A stretch of 64,000 nt of DNA from Candidatus Methanoperedenaceae archaeon (GTDB taxonomy: Archaea; Halobacteriota; Methanosarcinia; Methanosarcinales; Methanoperedenaceae), in NCBI GenBank assembly GCA_963753595.1, contig CAVWCX010000001.1:151797-215796 (forward strand), in the 5' to 3' direction. Below the pieces are notes generated by a model. That model saw nothing but the letters and a program-made list of their open reading frames with translations. It had not been told where the DNA came from and ran no database searches. Numbering within the stretch: position 1 is the first letter of the stretch; each line of letters starts with the position of its first letter. Positions 59,204 through 64,000 of this stretch are shown in pieces. The position numbers and the translations under genes were made by a program.

Positions 59204-59388
59204 AAAACCGCAGATTAATGCAAAAGAACGTAGATACGCTATCACAAATCCGCTTTAATCCGCGTCCCGATTACCCTTCGGGAGCGGGAATCCACGTTGA
59301 CTGCCAGCCCGGTCGATTACATGCCCACGTATCCCGCAGGCATACCTGGACGTGTCCTCAAGTGACGGAACTCGGAATCTGCAGTTTT
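59204..59388. repeat. ~185-bp GC-rich intergenic element with terminal inverted repeats
   Basis: AAAACCGCAGATT ... AATCTGCAGTTTT (12/13 match); internal tcccga-N7-tcggga hairpin. Confidence 0.55.
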
Positions 59389-59756
59389 TTATTTTCAAAT
59401 AATTCATGGTAGCATAAGCTAATAAAAATGAAACCCCCACCCACCAACCTGCCTGCTTTCTCTCCCCATCAATTAGCAAAATCTATTTTCATTTTGCTTC
59501 CATATTCTGAATTAAGTAGCACCCATAAATACCATAGTGTGAATAAAGTAGTACTAAGGTGGTTACACAGGAAATAAAGGGGTAGAATGTTGATTTTTTA
59601 CTAAAATTGATACATTTCAAAGTTGATTTTTGATTGTTGTAATAACAGGATAGCACTAATTTTAGTAAAAACCAAAACGTTTATATGACGATGTAATTAT
59701 TACTCATTGTGGAATAGGAAAATTGCCAGGTCAGATTAACCAGGCAGGAGGAATAT

Positions 59757-59918
59757 ATGAAATACACTATCGGGGATAATGTACGATTCAAACTTGAATC
59801 TGGTGAGGTCGAAGAAGGAAATATACAATTTATAGAAAAGAGCAGATATGAAGAAATATATTACATAAATAGTTCCAGTAGATGGGCGTACAAAATACCT
59901 GGAAAAAGAATCATATAA
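59757..59918 (+). CDS. Small 53-aa protein, possibly an SH3-like beta barrel, not in the ORF track
   Basis: Strong RBS GGAGG; MKYTIGDNVRFKLESGEVEEGNIQFIEK... Confidence 0.6.
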   Translation: MKYTIGDNVRFKLESGEVEEGNIQFIEKSRYEEIYYINSSSRWAYKIPGKRII

Positions 59919-59936
59919 TAATTTCAATTTTTTCTT

Positions 59937-60653
59937 TTACTGCTTTTCTCCCCGTATCGTTATCACTGTTTGTCTTATGGGAATGACCTTACCTGATTTC
60001 CCAACTGCTTCCTCAACAATTCTTTGCAGCCCGAAACAGCAGGGGACTTCCATATTAACAAGGGTGATGCTTTTTAGATCGTTTTTCTTGATGAGCTCTG
60101 TCAGCTTTTCCACATAATATTGCGCATCATCAAGCTTCGGACATCCTATGATCAACGATTTTCCTTTGAGGAAGTCCGAATGGAAATTGGGATAAGCAAA
60201 AGGTACGCAGTCAGCAGCCACGAGCAGGTCAGAGTCCTTAAAATACGATGCATCGGGTGAAACAAGCATAAGCTGCACAGGCCACTGTCTCAGTTCTGCA
60301 TTTTGCCGTCCCTGGGATACAGGAGCCTTTTTCTCGCTTCTCAAATCCATTGCCATACTTCCCGGACAGCCGCATAGGATATTCTTTTCAGTTTTTTTCT
60401 CAACGATCTTGGGTTCGGCCAGAAGATGTTTTTTTACTGCTTTTTCATCAAATTCCGGTGCGTCCCTTTTTGTTATAGTGATCGCATCCTGCGGGCAGTG
60501 CCCCAGGCAAGCCCCCAGGCCATCGCAAAACCTGTCATCGACCAGTTTTGCTTTTCCATCGATCAGTTTTATTGCCCCTTCAGCACAATTCGGAATGCAC
60601 ATACCGCAGCCATTGCATTTTTCCTCATCTATAAAAACAATATCTCTATTCAT
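59937..60653 (-). CDS. 4Fe-4S ferredoxin-domain iron-sulfur protein
   Basis: CNGCGMCIPNC, CDGLGACLGHCP, QWPVQL, GCPKLD, MEVPCC. Confidence 0.88.
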   Translation of the reverse strand: MNRDIVFIDEEKCNGCGMCIPNCAEGAIKLIDGKAKLVDDRFCDGLGACLGHCPQDAITITKRDAPEFDEKAVKKHLLAEPKIVEKKTEKNILCGCPGSMAMDLRSEKKAPVSQGRQNAELRQWPVQLMLVSPDASYFKDSDLLVAADCVPFAYPNFHSDFLKGKSLIIGCPKLDDAQYYVEKLTELIKKNDLKSITLVNMEVPCCFGLQRIVEEAVGKSGKVIPIRQTVITIRGEKQ

Positions 60654-60778
60654 ATTATATCATGTAATAACTGGTTTTATAACTTATAAGGATTTTGGTT
60701 ATAAATAATAAGAATATTTGCGTATTTTATAGTAAAAAATAGAAAACTATATAATAATTTAAGTTAATATAAGAATTA

Positions 60779-61357
60779 ATGAAAGAATTCCTCGACCTGG
60801 ACAAAAGAGACCGGGAAATATTATCCCTTCTTGAAGAATATCCTGAAATGTCCCAGAGTGAAATGGCAGAAAAACTCAAGATATCCCAGCCTTCAATTAG
60901 TGCAAGGATTCACAAATTGAAACAAAAAGGGGCTCTCTCCCATATTGTGGGAATGAACCTGAAAAAAGTGAACCTGTACATGGCAAAAGTTGATGTAATA
61001 GCAAATAACACTTCATCTGTTCTTGATATTTTCAAGGATTGCCCATATTTCTTAAATGGTCTTATCGTTTCAGGAAAACACAACTTATGTCTTTTCTTCG
61101 TTGGCGAGGATATCGCCACCCTGGAAGCGATAGTTGACGGGCATCTCAGATGCAATCCCCTGGTCAGGGCTGCTGAAGTCAGTATCGTTATAGCGACGAT
61201 GAAAGACTTTGTCATGCCAATAAAAATGAATTTTGATTTCAGTGATACGCCTCCATGCGGTAACGAATGTAACTGCAAGGACTGTAACCATCATATATCG
61301 AATCGCTGCATGGGGTGCCCGGTGACAAATAGTTACACTGGAAAGATCTGGAAATGA
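60779..61357 (+). CDS. Lrp/AsnC-family regulator with a C-terminal Cys cluster
   Basis: LDKRDREIL HTH; PPCGNECNCKDC...RCMGCP. Confidence 0.85.
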   Translation: MKEFLDLDKRDREILSLLEEYPEMSQSEMAEKLKISQPSISARIHKLKQKGALSHIVGMNLKKVNLYMAKVDVIANNTSSVLDIFKDCPYFLNGLIVSGKHNLCLFFVGEDIATLEAIVDGHLRCNPLVRAAEVSIVIATMKDFVMPIKMNFDFSDTPPCGNECNCKDCNHHISNRCMGCPVTNSYTGKIWK

Positions 61358-61547
61358 TTGTTTGAGGAAGTGGGGCTGTTTTCCTGGAAACATGGAAAAC
61401 ATGGAAAAACCGGTATAAGGGCAAAATCGATAAGATGGCAAACTATATTACTTATCTGGCACATGTTTTATCTGGAGTCGTTAGTTTGGTTGAAACGAAA
61501 ATAATGATAGGTGGACATTAATAATCGCACTTGGGTGAATTGATACT

Positions 61548-63299
61548 ATGGAAAAAAACAGATTAACCTGGAAAATTGGCGGAAAAGCAGGTGAAGGGAT
61601 TATGGCAACAGGTATGATTTTTTCATTATCATGCTCACGCGGCGGCCTTCACGTGTATGACATCAATGAATATCCTTCTCTTATAAAGGGCGGACATAAT
61701 AACTTGCAGGTGAGGGTGGAAGAAAGGGAGATATTTTCCCAGGTAAAAGGAGTGAATATATTAATTGCCCTGAATAAAGAAACGATATTATTGCATAAGG
61801 ATGAACTTGTAAATGGTGCGGGGATCATTTATGATAGCTCTGAAGTCATTGACCCGAAGGAAATAAGAGATAATATCAGGCTTTATCCGATCCCGTTCAA
61901 TAATATTATCAAGGAGATCGGGGCGCAGGCGATAATGAAAAATAATGTTGCCCTGGGGGCATCTATTGCGCTTATCGATTATGATTTTGGGATCGTTGAG
62001 GAAGTTATCAGGGACAACTTCAAAAGAAAAGGCGATAAGATAATCGATGAAAATACAAGAGCAGCAAAAGCGGGTTATGATTATATAAAAAATAATTTTA
62101 AGAACGATTTTGAATACAAGCTTGAAAAGACAGGAAAATCGGGACGTATGCTCCTTACGGGCAATGATGCAATATGTATGGGAGCTATAAATGCCGGATG
62201 CAAGTTCTACTCTGCCTATCCTATGACCCCTGCTTCTTCTATTTTGCATTTTATGGCAGCGCAGGAGCGAAGATTCAATATCGTTGTCAAGCACACAGAA
62301 GATGAGATATCGGCAATTAATATGGCAATTGGGGCTGGTTTTACAGGTGTCAGGGCAATGTGCGGCACATCAGGAGGCGGATTCTGTCTCATGTCCGAAG
62401 GATACGGGCTTGCCGGAATGCTTGAAGTTCCAATAGTCGTAATCCTTTCAATGCGCCCCGGGCCAAGCACGGGAATGCCAACATGGTCTGAGCAGGGCGA
62501 TCTGAAATTCGCTTTGAATGCTTCGCAGGGCGATTTCCCCCGTCCTGTGCTTGTTCCCGGGGATGTCGAGGAAAGTTTCTATTTGACGCAAGTCGCATTC
62601 AATATCGCAGAAAAATACCAGACACCGGTTATTGTTTTAAGTGATAAGAACCTTGCAGAAAGCCACAAGACAACCGATAAGTTCGATGTAAAAAAAGTAA
62701 ATATAGACCGAGGAAGCTATGCTGCCCCGGCTGATCTTGAATCATCCTCGGACACTACTTTTTTTAAGAGGTATAAATATACGGAAAATGGTGTTTCCCC
62801 GAGAACAATTCCTGGTATGAAAAAGGGAATATACACAGCCGCAAGCGATGAACATGATGAAGAAGGTAACATCAGGGAAGATTTGGATATCAGGATAAAA
62901 ATGATGGAAAAAAGGGCACGGAAAATGGATGCTCTTGCAAAAGAACTAAAACAACCCGAATTGGCCGGGCCGCAGGATGCAGATATCACGATAATTGCCA
63001 CAGGTTCCACCAAAGGTCCTATAAAAGAGGCCATGATCTTGCTTGAAAAAGAAGGTGTGAAAGTGAATTACCTCCAGATAGTATATTTGAATCCATTCCC
63101 ATCTGAAAAGGTTGCAAAGGTAATTGGAATGGCAAAAAAGACAGTTGTAGTTGAAAACAATTTCTCAGGACAACTTGCTGGTATTATTAAAGAAAAAACG
63201 GGGAAGGATGTGGATAAAAAGATCCTGAAATATGACGGGAGACCATTTTATCCTGAAGAAATATTCACTGCAATAAAGGAGGTGGTCACGCATGGTTAA
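61548..63299 (+). CDS. 2-oxoacid:ferredoxin oxidoreductase alpha subunit (fused gamma-alpha)
   Basis: GGKAGEG, YPSLIKGG, YPMTPAS, EDEISA, TSGGGF, RPGPSTG. Confidence 0.93.
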   Translation: MEKNRLTWKIGGKAGEGIMATGMIFSLSCSRGGLHVYDINEYPSLIKGGHNNLQVRVEEREIFSQVKGVNILIALNKETILLHKDELVNGAGIIYDSSEVIDPKEIRDNIRLYPIPFNNIIKEIGAQAIMKNNVALGASIALIDYDFGIVEEVIRDNFKRKGDKIIDENTRAAKAGYDYIKNNFKNDFEYKLEKTGKSGRMLLTGNDAICMGAINAGCKFYSAYPMTPASSILHFMAAQERRFNIVVKHTEDEISAINMAIGAGFTGVRAMCGTSGGGFCLMSEGYGLAGMLEVPIVVILSMRPGPSTGMPTWSEQGDLKFALNASQGDFPRPVLVPGDVEESFYLTQVAFNIAEKYQTPVIVLSDKNLAESHKTTDKFDVKKVNIDRGSYAAPADLESSSDTTFFKRYKYTENGVSPRTIPGMKKGIYTAASDEHDEEGNIREDLDIRIKMMEKRARKMDALAKELKQPELAGPQDADITIIATGSTKGPIKEAMILLEKEGVKVNYLQIVYLNPFPSEKVAKVIGMAKKTVVVENNFSGQLAGIIKEKTGKDVDKKILKYDGRPFYPEEIFTAIKEVVTHG

Positions 63300-64000
63300 A
63301 ATGACTGACCTGAATACTATTGACAAGCCCAACTGGTGCCCCGGATGCGGTGATTTTGGGATATTGATTGCGCTAAAAGGGGCGATCCTTGAACTAAATA
63401 TCGAGCCGGAAAATATAGCAATGATCTCAGGTATAGGCTGCTCAGGAAAATTGCCTCACTGGATACGAACATATGGTCTTCACGGGATACATGGAAGAGC
63501 GTTGCCGGTGGCAACAGCCGTGAAGCTTGCAAACAACGGATTAACAGTATTTATTGTTGGGGGGGATGGCGATGGATACGGGATTGGCATGTGTCATTTT
63601 ATCCATACCATGCGAAGGAATCTCGATATGACCTATATTGTGCATAACAATATGATCTATGGCCTGACCACAGGGCAGACCTCACCCACAAGCGAAAAGG
63701 GAGTGAGAACAAAATCCACACCATCAGGTGTGATCGAAATACCTGTTAATCCGATAGCTCTTGCCATTTCATCGGGCGCTACTTTTGTTGCGCGAAGTTT
63801 TGCAGGTGATGTCAAACATCTCCAGAAAACCATAGTGGCTGCTGTCAGGCACAGGGGTCTGTCTTTTGTGGATGTATTCCAGCCCTGCGTGAGTTTTAAT
63901 CATGTGAATACCTATGACTGGTATAAGCAGAGGGTCTATGATCTCCAGGATGCCGGGCATGATACGAAAGATAAGATCAAGGCTTTTACAAAGTCGCAGG
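63292..64000 (+). CDS. 2-oxoacid:ferredoxin oxidoreductase beta subunit, 3'-truncated by the window edge
   Basis: WCPGCGDF, SGIGCS, HGR, GDGD, YGLTTGQ. Confidence 0.92.
   Translation, partial: MVKMTDLNTIDKPNWCPGCGDFGILIALKGAILELNIEPENIAMISGIGCSGKLPHWIRTYGLHGIHGRALPVATAVKLANNGLTVFIVGGDGDGYGIGMCHFIHTMRRNLDMTYIVHNNMIYGLTTGQTSPTSEKGVRTKSTPSGVIEIPVNPIALAISSGATFVARSFAGDVKHLQKTIVAAVRHRGLSFVDVFQPCVSFNHVNTYDWYKQRVYDLQDAGHDTKDKIKAFTKSQ

Noticed and set aside
59072-59245. N-terminal extension of uL1 in the ORF track
   Set aside because: GGAGG plus TTG at 59071 gives a normal-length L1; the upstream region is leader and promoter.
61385-61412. Short GGAAA(A)CAT tandem after the Lrp gene
   Set aside because: Too short and lacks a complementary arm.
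1-64000. tRNA, rRNA, CRISPR arrays, integrases, pyrrolysine/selenocysteine readthrough
   Set aside because: None recognised by eye; no in-frame TAG or TGA was seen joining two homologous halves.

Overview
Archaeal genomic window. Archaeal rpl1/rplP0/rpl12, purP, a PGF-CTERM-like protein and very heme-rich cytochromes point to Methanosarcinales, plausibly Ca. Methanoperedens (inference). 1-19.5 kb is a cluster of secreted surface proteins: three large multiheme c-type cytochromes (one partial with a 780-bp near-perfect tandem repeat, one split by an IS1182-family element), a small membrane-anchored protein, Ig-repeat and beta-helix proteins, and a 4-repeat protein. Five of these proteins end in the same domain plus an exact-length tail KPTGxIxGxVxxx-stop and have no membrane anchor. 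The tail looks like an orphan first beta-strand. A similar strand occurs in the small anchored protein, and the last gene of the cluster begins with a domain that appears to lack it. This is the best candidate for an undescribed strand-complementation assembly or display system. 19.5-45.8 kb is a glycosylation locus (rmlCBDA, wzm/wzt, WsaE/WsaF-like and other glycosyltransferases) interrupted by toxin-antitoxin and AlbA cassettes, which are flanked by duplicated gene fragments and 9-10-bp-periodic palindromes. 45.9-64 kb is mostly housekeeping: hexaheme cytochrome, recQ, a MoeB-TusA-DsrEFH sulfur relay, manC, purP, the rpl1-P0-rpl12 operon, an Lrp regulator and a 2-oxoacid:ferredoxin oxidoreductase. 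All calls come from reading motifs by eye; no database searches were run.
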